Source: an uncultured Collinsella sp.
GTDB lineage: Bacteria; Actinomycetota; Coriobacteriia; Coriobacteriales; Coriobacteriaceae
Direction of reading: 5' to 3'
Assembly: GCA_900542275.1 (NCBI GenBank)
Contig: UQMW01000002.1
Coordinates: forward strand, 20,210-84,209
Length of the DNA stretch: 64,000 nucleotides
Below, in pieces: positions 38,619 to 47,636 of this stretch (position 1 is the first letter of the stretch; every line of letters starts with the position of its first letter). The notes below the pieces were generated by a model. It was not told where the DNA came from, did no database searches, and saw nothing but the letters and a program-made list of their open reading frames with translations. The translations under genes were made by a program, and so were the position numbers.

Positions 38619-40001
38619 TTAGCGGGCTGTCGCTTTGGCTTGGGCGGCGCGATAGGTGCGTGCCGGGTGGCAGAGTAGTACCGCCACGACCATAAAGAAC
38701 GCCGTGGTGCCCAGGCTGATGGGGTAGACCATCATGATGTTCGCAAAGGTGCGGAAATGCGGGAACACGCAGAATACCCAATAGAAGCGAATACCGCAGA
38801 CGCAGATCATGGTGATGAGGGCGGGCATGAGCGAGATGCCAAAGCCGCGCAGGTAGCCGGACATGTTTTCGTAGAACATGCTAAAGGCGTAGGCAGGGAA
38901 GATCGAACACACGCGGATGTAGCCGATCGAGACGATGTTGGGGTCGCTGTTAAAGAGCGATAGGATCTCGCGCCCCAGACCGACGATAACGATAATCGTG
39001 GTGAGTGCAACGATACCGCCTTCGATCAGGCAGACCTTGAGCGTCTTGGTGCAGCGGTCGATTTGGCGGGCACCGTGGTTTTGTCCCACAAAGGTGGTGC
39101 AAGCCTGGCTAAAGCTGTTGAGCAGGTTGTAGCACACGTACTCCAAGCTCATGGCGGCGCTTGATGCCGCCATGACCTCGGTGCCCAAGCTGTTGATGGC
39201 GGACTGGATGATGATGTTGGCGACGGCAAAGACAGCGCTTTGGATGCCGGCGGGCAGGCCGATCTTGACGATGCGCTTGAGGGCGACGGGGTCTAAGCCT
39301 AAGTCGCGTGGGGTGACGCGGACGACGGAGTCGGTCTTGAGCAGGTGGACAAAGAGTGTGGCGGCGCTGACGGTGTAGGCGATGGCGGTGGCGATGGCGA
39401 CGCCCGCGACGCCCCAGTGGAGCACGGGGACAAAGATGAGGTCCAGGCCAATGTTGAGGACGGTGGACACGGCGAGCGCCTGCAGCGGCATGCGGGTGAT
39501 GCCGACGGAGCGGAAGATCGCGGCCTCAAAGTTGTAGAGCAAGATCGAGGGCATGCTGAGCAAAAAGACGCGCAGGTAGAGCGAAGCGAGCGGCATGGTC
39601 TCGGCAGGCACGTTGAGCGCAGCGAGCATGGGCTCGGCAAAGATCTCGCCCAGTGCGATGACGACAAAGCCCACGAGCGCCATTAAAATCGAGGTATGGA
39701 CGGCGCGTTTGACCATGTTCTGATCATTGCGGCCGATAGCGTTGGCGATGACCACGTTGGAGCCAAGCGACATGCCAATAAAAAGGTTGAGCATAAGACT
39801 GGTAAGCGGAACATTGGAGCCGACCGCCGCCATGGCGAGGGTTCCCTGGTCGCCCGAGAAGTTACCGATGATGACCGTGGCGATGAGGTTCGACAGCTGC
39901 TCCAAGATGCTCGTGGCGGCTACGGGGAAGGCGAACAGGGGAATATTGCGCCACAGCGAGCCGGTAGTCATGTCAATGTGCTTAGATGCGGTGTCTGCCA
40001 T
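38619..40001 (-). CDS. MATE-family efflux transporter
   Basis: 460 aa, 12 TM, N-terminal GSLWRNIPLFAFPVAATSILEQLSNL typical of MATE/NorM proteins. Confidence 0.85.
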   Translation of the reverse strand: MADTASKHIDMTTGSLWRNIPLFAFPVAATSILEQLSNLIATVIIGNFSGDQGTLAMAAVGSNVPLTSLMLNLFIGMSLGSNVVIANAIGRNDQNMVKRAVHTSILMALVGFVVIALGEIFAEPMLAALNVPAETMPLASLYLRVFLLSMPSILLYNFEAAIFRSVGITRMPLQALAVSTVLNIGLDLIFVPVLHWGVAGVAIATAIAYTVSAATLFVHLLKTDSVVRVTPRDLGLDPVALKRIVKIGLPAGIQSAVFAVANIIIQSAINSLGTEVMAASSAAMSLEYVCYNLLNSFSQACTTFVGQNHGARQIDRCTKTLKVCLIEGGIVALTTIIVIVGLGREILSLFNSDPNIVSIGYIRVCSIFPAYAFSMFYENMSGYLRGFGISLMPALITMICVCGIRFYWVFCVFPHFRTFANIMMVYPISLGTTAFFMVVAVLLCHPARTYRAAQAKATAR

Positions 40002-40069
40002 ACGCTCTCAATCTCTAATATGCTCTTTCGTGCTTATTTGCGCAGACGATGATACTCCTAATGCAGCCA

Positions 40070-40137
40070 GCCGGCACTTAGGGACGTTCCTTTTCTGCCG
40101 GCAGCTGGGGACACTCCTTGTCTCTTCTATGACTAGG
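40070..40137. repeat. GGGGACGTTC-box repeat, inverted and degenerate copy
   Basis: CCGGCACTTAGGGACGTTCCTTTTCTGCCGG is the reverse complement of the 26812-region module. It is followed by GGGGACACTCC...ATGACTAG. Confidence 0.7.
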
Positions 40138-40192
40138 TGGGGAAGGCGTGCGACAATGGTGGGCGTTGTGTTGTTCGCGCTAAGGAGTTGCC

Positions 40193-41005
40193 ATGTTGTT
40201 GTGTCCCGTTTGCCATGAACCGTTGGTGGACGACGAGCGCGGTGCTGCATGCGCGGGCGGACACCGGTTTGACCGTGCGCGCGAGGGCTATCTATATCTG
40301 CTGCGCTCGTCCAAGAGCGGCGACTCCATGGGCGATCCCAAGTCGCAAGCGCGCAGCCGTCGTGACTTTCTGAACCGTGGATACTACGCGCCGTTGCGCG
40401 ACGCAATGGTCGAGCTGGTGCGCGAGCGGGCGACTGGGCGTGCTGCGTCTGCGAACGGTCCTATGACCTTGCTCGACATTTGCTGTGGCGAGGGCTACTA
40501 CACCAGCGCCATGGGCGCGGTATCGGGCGTAGATGCTTACGGGTTCGACTTGGGCAAGGAGATGGTGCGCCTGGCTGCCAAGCGCGGCGATGCGACCTAC
40601 TTCGTGGCCAACATGAAGGACATCCCCGTGGCGGACGGCGCCTTCGATATGGTGACCGAGCTCTTCGCTCCCTTTAACGAGCGTGAGTTTGCCCGCGTGC
40701 TGGCGCCCGAGGGTTCGCTCTACGCCGTGGTGCCGGGTGCTCGGCATCTGTTTGGCCTCAAGGAGGTGCTCTACGACACGCCATATCTCAACGACGAAAA
40801 GCTGCCACAGACCACCGAGCTTAAACTGGTCGGAACGCAGCGGGTGACAGCTTCCATCACCCTCCAGACCCAGGCTGACATCGAGGCGGTGTTCCAGATG
40901 ACGCCCTACTACTACCGCACGCGCCCCGCCGACAAAGAGCGCCTGGCAAACCTCGATACCCTTCAGACCGATATCGACTTTATCATCGCCGAGTACCGCC
41001 ACTAA
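40193..41005 (+). CDS. RlmA-like 23S rRNA (guanine-N1)-methyltransferase
   Basis: N-terminal Zn finger CPVCHEPL...CAGGHRFDRAREGYLYLL, then motif I LDICCGEGYY. Confidence 0.7.
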   Translation: MLLCPVCHEPLVDDERGAACAGGHRFDRAREGYLYLLRSSKSGDSMGDPKSQARSRRDFLNRGYYAPLRDAMVELVRERATGRAASANGPMTLLDICCGEGYYTSAMGAVSGVDAYGFDLGKEMVRLAAKRGDATYFVANMKDIPVADGAFDMVTELFAPFNEREFARVLAPEGSLYAVVPGARHLFGLKEVLYDTPYLNDEKLPQTTELKLVGTQRVTASITLQTQADIEAVFQMTPYYYRTRPADKERLANLDTLQTDIDFIIAEYRH

Positions 41006-41056
41006 CCTACCAAAAAGGGACAGGTTTATTTTGGCAGGTTTTATCTGGGCAAACGT

Positions 41057-41095
41057 AAAGGGCCGACCGCGGAGATGCGCGATCGGCCCTTTTTA
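41057..41095. terminator. intrinsic terminator (bidirectional)
   Basis: AAAGGGCCGA-loop-TCGGCCCTTTTT between convergent genes. Confidence 0.65.
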
Positions 41096-41130
41096 GTTGC
41101 TTGGCTGCAGGGAGCTGTGGGGGCAGGTGC

Positions 41131-41532
41131 CTACAGACGATCCTTGTTCTCGGCCTTAACGTCGTGTGCCTGCTGAACAAAGAACAGGTCGTACACCACG
41201 ATGACAAAGGCGCCATAGTTTATGGCGTCGCCGCCAAACGCGGGAAGCGTGAGCACCGCCTGGGCAAGCGTGGCGACTGCAGCAACGATACCGAGCTTAA
41301 ACGCGCCGTCAACCTGCGAAGGCTTGTTGGCACCCTTGATGCCCGCAACGCCTGCGGCGAGATCGATGAGGCCCTTGGCGATAATCACGGCCGCGGCGAG
41401 CATGGCGTTCGATCCGTAGGTGGACTCGAGCTTGCCGGTCGCGATGCCGGCGATTCCAATGACGAGACTGGCGATGCCCAGAACAAAATAAATCAGGGCA
41501 AGGATTTTGAGAGTCTTGCGAGTGAAGCTCAT
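41131..41532 (-). CDS. small integral membrane protein, unknown function
   Basis: 133 aa from MSFTRKTLKILALIYFVLGIAS, four hydrophobic segments. Confidence 0.5.
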   Translation of the reverse strand: MSFTRKTLKILALIYFVLGIASLVIGIAGIATGKLESTYGSNAMLAAAVIIAKGLIDLAAGVAGIKGANKPSQVDGAFKLGIVAAVATLAQAVLTLPAFGGDAINYGAFVIVVYDLFFVQQAHDVKAENKDRL

Positions 41533-41966
41533 GGCTGGTCCTTTCGATACGAGTACGCCAACCTGGCGCACCCTTTGTGCTGCACATATGGTGAAGCACA
41601 TTGTAGTTCAACGCGGCGATGCATGCGCCTGAAAGCGACTCTTGCCTGTGCGGCCCAACCTTTCAAAAAGGAAAGCTGGGCGTAAGCAAAATCGATGGCA
41701 GCGTATGCGCGGCGCTGCGATGATGGGGCCATGGCAAGAGCTGGACCGAAGGAGGGGCCATGATGTACGGGGCCAAGCAAGTGCGCGAGCCGCGTTCGTT
41801 AGGAAGGCGTATGGGCGATTCCGTGATCGCTGCCGTGTGCACGGGATTGATGGCGGTGCTTTGCATTGGGATGCTGTGGACCATGTCGCATGTGGGACAA
41901 TAACGGACGGTTGGGTGCTGGCATAAACGGCGCTCACGTATTCGTTTTGCTTGTTAAGGAGTGTCC

Positions 41967-42671
41967 ATGGGCGTCGTCGATCCCTTTTCTGTTGCTCGGG
42001 CCGCGGGGCTTGAGCTGACCGGGAAGTCCGAGGGCCTCACGCTCACCGACGGCACGATGGAGCTGCGTGCCGATTTTGGCCGCATGCTTCCGCGGCTCAA
42101 GCAGGGTCGTCTGCAGCAGGAGCTGCTGGTGAAGGCTGCGCGCACAAAAGGCATCGAGCAACCATGGGCGATTGATGCCACGGCAGGCTTTGGCGAGGAC
42201 TCGCTGCTGCTGGCGGCCGCGGGCTTTACCGTCAATCTGTATGAACAGGATTGCGTGATCGCGGCGCTTCTCAAGGATGCCTTGGATCGCGCGGCAGATG
42301 ATTCGGCGCTTGCGGCTATCGTGTCGCGCATGCGCTTGCATGCGGGCGAGGACAGCATCGCCGGCCTTCGCCATGTAGCTGAGCTGATCGGGCAGGGCGA
42401 GCTCGCGACTCCCGACGTGGTGTATCTGGACCCCATGTTTCCCGAGCGCACCAAGAGCGCGGCGGTGAAAAAGAAGTTCCAACTCTTGCACCATCTGGAA
42501 CAGCCGTGCGCCGATGAAGGGGCACTGATCGAAGCCGCGCTTGCGGTGCGGCCGCGCAAGGTCGTTATCAAGCGTCCGGTGAAGGGGCCGCTGCTTGCCG
42601 GCGTTAAGCCGAGCTATCAGCTGGCGGGCAAGGCCGTTCGCTACGATGTTTTAGTGCCGCCGCGCCCGTAG
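41967..42671 (+). CDS. RsmJ-like 16S rRNA (guanine-N2)-methyltransferase (DUF548-type class I MTase)
   Basis: DATAGFGEDSLLLA and VVYLDPMFPERTKSAAVKKKFQLL resemble E. coli RsmJ motifs. ATG 41967 behind AAGGAG. Confidence 0.7.
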   Translation: MGVVDPFSVARAAGLELTGKSEGLTLTDGTMELRADFGRMLPRLKQGRLQQELLVKAARTKGIEQPWAIDATAGFGEDSLLLAAAGFTVNLYEQDCVIAALLKDALDRAADDSALAAIVSRMRLHAGEDSIAGLRHVAELIGQGELATPDVVYLDPMFPERTKSAAVKKKFQLLHHLEQPCADEGALIEAALAVRPRKVVIKRPVKGPLLAGVKPSYQLAGKAVRYDVLVPPRP

Positions 42672-42718
42672 CCTGCGTGCGATGCCGGCGCTCCGCCAGC
42701 GCCCCGCCGTTGCGGGAC

Positions 42719-43015
42719 CTATTTCCAGGGGTGCGACGTCAGATGCCATCCGCCGCAGTATTCGCATTTGTAGCAGGCAAGGCCGCGCCGCCCGCGGTTT
42801 TCGCAGTCGGCCATAACGGCCTCGGCCTCGGCGCGTGTGTCGTAACGGTTTTTGCGCTCGCACGACTTGTAGCGCCAGGCTTCATCGCGCTCGGCGTCCA
42901 GGGCATCGCGGCGCTCGTCCTCGCGCGCAAACAGGTCGCTCATATCGCCGCCGGTGGCAGCGCCCAAAAACTCGCTTTTGGCCTTTGACCAGGCGGCTCG
43001 CTTTTTGCTTCCCAT
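42719..43015 (-). CDS. small hypothetical protein with C-terminal CxxCxxC-WH motif
   Basis: 98-aa ORF, charged N-terminal half, CYKCEYCGGWH near the C-terminus. The start (Met1 or Met25) is uncertain. Confidence 0.4.
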   Translation of the reverse strand: MGSKKRAAWSKAKSEFLGAATGGDMSDLFAREDERRDALDAERDEAWRYKSCERKNRYDTRAEAEAVMADCENRGRRGLACYKCEYCGGWHLTSHPWK

Positions 43016-43088
43016 CCGCTCCGTGCCCTTTCCAAACGCTGGTATGATTGCTCAATCAAAGTGATACCAATAAACGTGAGGTCGCCGC

Positions 43089-43580
43089 GTGATGATAAGA
43101 AAAACCCTCGATACCGACATTCCCGCCGTCATGGCTATCTATGACGCCGCCCGCGCCTTTATGCGCGCGCATGGCAACGCCACACAGTGGCCCGAGGGCA
43201 CGCCTTCTGCCGAGCAGCTGGCTGCCGATATCGCCGCCGGTGGCAGCTATGTGTTCGAAGTCGACGGTCGCGTGGTCGCGACGTTTGCCTTTTTACCGGG
43301 CCCGGACGAGTGCTATGACGTCATCGAGGACGGTCAGTGGCGTAGCGACACTCCGTACGCCGTACTGCACCGCGTGGCGTCCGACGGCACCGTGCACGGT
43401 ATCGCGGCCGCGATGTTTGCCTTTGCCAAGGAGCGTGCCGACCACCTGCGCATCGATACGCACCAGGACAACTTGCCCATGCAGGGTGCGAGTATTAAGG
43501 CGGGGTTTGAGCGCGCCGGCGTCGTGTATGTGTCAGACGGCACGCCGCGTGTTGCGTTTGACTGGCTGCGCGAGGCATAA
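43089..43580 (+). CDS. GNAT-family N-acetyltransferase
   Basis: About 160 aa; HRVASDGTVHGIAAAMFAFAKE...QGASIKAGFERAG fits the acetyl-CoA binding core. Confidence 0.75.
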   Translation: MMIRKTLDTDIPAVMAIYDAARAFMRAHGNATQWPEGTPSAEQLAADIAAGGSYVFEVDGRVVATFAFLPGPDECYDVIEDGQWRSDTPYAVLHRVASDGTVHGIAAAMFAFAKERADHLRIDTHQDNLPMQGASIKAGFERAGVVYVSDGTPRVAFDWLREA

Positions 43581-43698
43581 GAGCGGGGACGCGTATCAAC
43601 AATCCATGCGCATGAAGATGGCCCCGGGTGGGGCCATGTTTGATTGCCACGTTGGTTTGCGAGGCGGTAGATGTGGCGCGCTGTTGGCTCTAAGGCGC

Positions 43699-44124
43699 CT
43701 ACGCCCGGGGCAGCTCGCTTCCGCAGTGGCAACACTTGGTCGCGCCCTCGTGCACCTCTTCCAGGCAATAGGGGCAGACGGGCTTGGGCGCGGCTTGCTC
43801 GGCGGCGGTGCCGGCGAGCTTGTCGCCAATTTCCTGCGCCTTGTTGAATGCCTTGACGATGGCAAAGACGATCGCCGCCACGATCAGAAAGTTGATGCAC
43901 GCGCCAATGAAGGCGCCAAAATCGATATTGGTACCCGGCACCACCAGCCCCGAGATCTCGGTGGCGCTACCACCGGCAATTACGGCGATGAGCGGGTTGA
44001 TGATGTTATCGGTCAGCGAGGACACGATGGCGGTGAATGCGCCGCCGATAATCACGCCGACGGCCATGTCCATAACGTTGCCGCGATTGATGAATTCCTT
44101 GAACTCGTTGAGCAATGCCTTCAT
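43699..44124 (-). CDS. mscL: large-conductance mechanosensitive channel MscL with C-terminal zinc-ribbon tail
   Basis: MKALLNEFKEFINRGNVMDMAVGVIIGGAFTAIVSSL...INPLI is canonical MscL. Extra C-terminal CPYCLEEVHEGATKCCHCG. Confidence 0.85.
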   Translation of the reverse strand: MKALLNEFKEFINRGNVMDMAVGVIIGGAFTAIVSSLTDNIINPLIAVIAGGSATEISGLVVPGTNIDFGAFIGACINFLIVAAIVFAIVKAFNKAQEIGDKLAGTAAEQAAPKPVCPYCLEEVHEGATKCCHCGSELPRA

Positions 44125-44368
44125 GGTGGCTCCTCGCTGTTGTGGGGTTCGCGTTGTTATCGCCCTAGATGAGTCCGGGCAGACAAAAGGGGAGGTGCCG
44201 GCTTTCGCAAGGCGCGAACCTACGAAAATCGCCGCGCGGCAACGCAGGGCGATGAGCTTGGTCGGGGGATAGGGCCCGCTTCGCCCGCCGGCCCGTAAAT
44301 TGTATCATCCAGTGTGGAACGAGGATGCCCGTTGCCGAGTGCGACGGGCTTGCAATAAGAGGAGAGCC

Positions 44369-46372
44369 ATGTCGAAGCAAGCGGTCGTTGGAATCTTGGC
44401 GCATGTCGACGCCGGCAAGACCACGTTGGCCGAGGCCATGCTATTCAACGCGGGTCGCATTCGCAAGCGCGGCCGCGTGGACGATGGCGATTCGCATCTG
44501 GACACTAACGCGATCGAGCGCGAGCGCGGCATCACGATTTTCTCGTCGCAGGCCGTGCTCGACCATGGCGATACCCACGTCATGCTCGTGGATGCACCGG
44601 GGCATGTCGATTTTTCTGCCGAGGCGGAGCGCACGCTGCGCGCGCTCGACTACGCGATTTTAGTTGTGGGCGCCAACGATGGCGTACAGGGGCACACCGA
44701 AACCCTGTGGCGCCTGCTCGCGCGCTATGACATTCCGACGTTCATCTTTATCAACAAAATCGATTTGGAGAATCCCGGCCGCGATGTTTTGCTGGTACAG
44801 CTTGGGCAACGTCTTTCCGAGGGCTGCCTGGATGCCAGCGAACTGCTGGCGGGCGGCGCCGTTCAGGAGGACGCTGCCGCGTTAGACGAAGAAGCACTCG
44901 AGGAGTTTCTCGAGGCGGGTGAGCTTTCCGTCGCGACGCTGTCACGCATGGTCGCCGAGCGCAAGCTTTTTCCTTGCTTTGCCGGCTCGGCGCTCAAGGA
45001 CCAAGGCGTGGAAGAGCTGCTGGATGGCATATGCGCGCTGATGCGTGAACAGGCGTGGCTCCCGGAGTTTGCCGCGCGCGTCTACCGCGTGAGCCGCGGG
45101 GATCGCGGCGAGCGCTTGGCTTGGGTTAAAGTGACCGGCGGCACGCTGCATGCCAAGCAGATGATTGACGGACGTTTCGGTGCCGAGGCATGGGAGCAAA
45201 AGGTCGATCAGGTACGCATCTATAACGGCGAGAAGTATGAGCTTGCCCAAGAAGTTGCTGCTGGCGGTATTTGTGCCGTGACGGGTCTTGCGCACGTTCG
45301 TCCGGGGGACGCCCTGGGCGCGGAGCCTGCGGGCGATGCGCCCGTCATTGCGCCGGTCCTCACCTATACGGTGCTTCCGGGCGAACACGACGTCCATACG
45401 GTGTTCAAAGCGTTGACTGAGCTGGCGGATGAAGATCCCATGCTCGGCGTAAGCTGGAATACGCATCTTGAGCAGATTCATTTGCAGTTGATGGGCGCCG
45501 TGCAACTCGAGGTCGTGCAGCGGGTGTTGGCCGACCGCTTTGGCCTTTCGGTTGCGTTTGAGTCTGGCGGCATTCTCTATAAGGAGACTATTTCGCAGCC
45601 GGTCGAGGGTGTGGGCCACTTTGAGCCACTGTGCCACTATGCCGAGGTGCACCTGCGCCTTGAGCCGTTGCCAGCGGGCTCGGGCGTGCAGTTTGGCACC
45701 GTGGCCTCGACCGACGAGCTCGATCTTAACTGGCAACGTCTGGCGCTCACCAACGCCATGGAGCGCGATCACCTGGGTGTGCTGACCGGCTCGCCCATCA
45801 CCGATGTGCGCATTACGTTCACGGGCGGTCGTGCGCATGCCAAGCACACCGAGGGCGGCGATTTTCGCCAGGCCACGTACCGCGCGATTCGCCAGGGTTT
45901 GATGCAGGCGCGCGAGGCCGGCGCGGCGGTACTGTTGGAGCCGTGGTATCGCTTTGAGCTCGAGGTGCCGGGGGAGTGCGTGGGCCGGGCACTCTCGGAT
46001 GCCACGCGCATGGGTGCCGAGTACGAGCCGCCGACGATGGCGGGAGACCGGGCAAAGCTTGTGGGTCGCGTGCCGGCATCCGAGGTACAGGATTACGCGC
46101 TGGAGGTGGCTGCCTACACGAGTGGTCGCGGGCATCTGTACCTGGAGTTCGCCGGTTATGCGGCCTGTCATGATGCCGAGCGCGTAATCGAGACTGCCGC
46201 CTATGAGCCCGAGGCCGATCTGCCCAACACGCCCGACTCGGTCTTTTGCTCTCACGGCGCCGGCTACACGGTCAAATGGTATGACGTGCCCGCCGCAGCG
46301 CACGTAAAGATCGATCCCGCCACCTTCCGCCCCTATCGCCCCGCCGACGCGGAATTTTTCGGTCACATGTGA
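44369..46372 (+). CDS. translation-factor GTPase, Tet(M)/Tet(O)-like ribosomal-protection-type protein
   Basis: G1 ILAHVDAGKTT, G3 DAPGHVDF, G4 NKID; N-terminal region collinear with Tet(M) as I recall it; about 667 aa. ATG 44369 behind AAGAGGAG. Confidence 0.75.
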   Translation: MSKQAVVGILAHVDAGKTTLAEAMLFNAGRIRKRGRVDDGDSHLDTNAIERERGITIFSSQAVLDHGDTHVMLVDAPGHVDFSAEAERTLRALDYAILVVGANDGVQGHTETLWRLLARYDIPTFIFINKIDLENPGRDVLLVQLGQRLSEGCLDASELLAGGAVQEDAAALDEEALEEFLEAGELSVATLSRMVAERKLFPCFAGSALKDQGVEELLDGICALMREQAWLPEFAARVYRVSRGDRGERLAWVKVTGGTLHAKQMIDGRFGAEAWEQKVDQVRIYNGEKYELAQEVAAGGICAVTGLAHVRPGDALGAEPAGDAPVIAPVLTYTVLPGEHDVHTVFKALTELADEDPMLGVSWNTHLEQIHLQLMGAVQLEVVQRVLADRFGLSVAFESGGILYKETISQPVEGVGHFEPLCHYAEVHLRLEPLPAGSGVQFGTVASTDELDLNWQRLALTNAMERDHLGVLTGSPITDVRITFTGGRAHAKHTEGGDFRQATYRAIRQGLMQAREAGAAVLLEPWYRFELEVPGECVGRALSDATRMGAEYEPPTMAGDRAKLVGRVPASEVQDYALEVAAYTSGRGHLYLEFAGYAACHDAERVIETAAYEPEADLPNTPDSVFCSHGAGYTVKWYDVPAAAHVKIDPATFRPYRPADAEFFGHM

Positions 46373-46395
46373 CAAAGGGACAATCCCTTTGTCAC
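46367..46395. repeat. GTGACAAAGGGAC palindrome family copy
   Basis: ATGTGACAAAGGGACAATCCCTTTGTCAC. Contains the TGA stop of the GTPase gene. Confidence 0.85.
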
Positions 46396-46465
46396 CTGCT
46401 GTTGGTATAACTCGGTATAAGTTGGTATAACTATTGCCAGCCTTTGCCAATCCGAGGAGGCCGAC

Positions 46466-47584
46466 ATGAATCCAAATCCCTTTAAGCCCACGGCTGGCAA
46501 GCGGCCTCCGATACTCATCGGCCGCGAGTCGGTCATCGAAGATTTCGAGGAAGGACTCGATAACGGCGCCGGAGCGCCGGGTAGGCTCATGCTCATTACG
46601 GGAAACCGCGGCTGTGGCAAGACGGTTCTCCTGCGGGAACTGCAACGTCTCGCCAATGAGCGCGGATGGGCGGTTGTCTCCGATTCCGCTTCGCTTGGCC
46701 TGTGCGATCGCCTGGCCGACGCGCTTCGCTCGAATAAACCCGTTGTGACGTCAATGGAGTTCGGTCCATCGTTTGGACGGATGTCGGTTGAGGCGGCGCG
46801 GGCAAAAGGCGAGACGTTGCGAGGGCTGGTCAACGAGCGCCTCAAGAAACTCGGTCCAGGCAAGGGCATCCTGTTGGCGATTGACGAGGCGCAATCTGCA
46901 TCTATCGAGGAGCTGGCGGCTCTTGCCGTTCTCTATCAGCAGGTGCTGGGAGATCAGGATGCCACGGGCTTGCCCGATAGCGACCAGCGGGGTCTTGCGC
47001 TGGTCTTTGCCGGCTTGCCCAGCATGGTTGACGATCTGCTCGAAGAGCCGAGCGTGACGTTTTTGCGACGTGCCCAGCAGCGTACGTTGGGGGCGATTTC
47101 TTTGCCCCAGGTGCGCGATTCATATATCCAGACGGTCGAGTGTGCTGGTCTTTGCGTTGATGCGGGGACGGCGGACCTTGCAGCGCGCAAGAGCATGGGA
47201 CATCCCTATATGGTTCAGCTGGTGGGATATTACATGTGGCGGTCTGCTGTCCGGCGCAACTCGCAGGTCATTGAAAGGTACGATGTCGAGGCTGGCCATG
47301 CGGATGCCATCTCTGAGTTCTACGAAGCGGTCGACGCGTCCCTGTATTATGGATTGCGCAGTCCGCAGCGCCTCTTTATCGAGGCCATGGCGGTTGACGA
47401 GGGCAAGCCGACGCGCATGGCGGATGTCATTGAGCGCTGCGATCGTACCCAGAGCTGGGCGAGTAAATATCGCGCAAGCCTGATTCGCGAGCGCGTCATC
47501 GAGGCCGCTGGATACGGTCTCGTCCGGTTTAGCGTGCCCATGCTGGGCGAGTACATTCGCGACCGTATTTTATGGCACGAGTGA
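46466..47584 (+). CDS. AAA-type ATP-binding protein with C-terminal winged-helix (Orc1/Cdc6-like or archaeal-ATPase-like)
   Basis: Walker A GNRGCGKT, Walker B LLAIDEAQ, conserved FLRRAQQ and QLVGYYMW blocks shared with the paralogue at 50172..51272. Confidence 0.7.
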   Translation: MNPNPFKPTAGKRPPILIGRESVIEDFEEGLDNGAGAPGRLMLITGNRGCGKTVLLRELQRLANERGWAVVSDSASLGLCDRLADALRSNKPVVTSMEFGPSFGRMSVEAARAKGETLRGLVNERLKKLGPGKGILLAIDEAQSASIEELAALAVLYQQVLGDQDATGLPDSDQRGLALVFAGLPSMVDDLLEEPSVTFLRRAQQRTLGAISLPQVRDSYIQTVECAGLCVDAGTADLAARKSMGHPYMVQLVGYYMWRSAVRRNSQVIERYDVEAGHADAISEFYEAVDASLYYGLRSPQRLFIEAMAVDEGKPTRMADVIERCDRTQSWASKYRASLIRERVIEAAGYGLVRFSVPMLGEYIRDRILWHE

Positions 47585-47614
47585 TGTGACAAAGGAACTG
47601 TCCCTTTGTCACAT
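47584..47614. repeat. GTGACAAAGGGAC palindrome family copy
   Basis: ATGTGACAAAGGAAC-T-GTCCCTTTGTCACAT (one arm mismatch). Begins on the last base of the AAA gene stop codon. Confidence 0.9.
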
Positions 47615-47636
47615 TCGATCAACAGGAAAGGGAGCG

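Noticed and set aside
44942-46645. 567-aa minus-strand ORF
   Set aside because: It is antisense to the Tet(M)-like GTPase gene and crosses the palindrome and the start of the AAA ATPase gene. The sequence is low-complexity and Arg/Leu/Gly-rich.
47584-47614. The family palindromes interpreted as Rho-independent terminators
   Set aside because: The arms meet around a single central base, so the loop is too small without fraying. None of the copies is followed by a T-tract on either strand.
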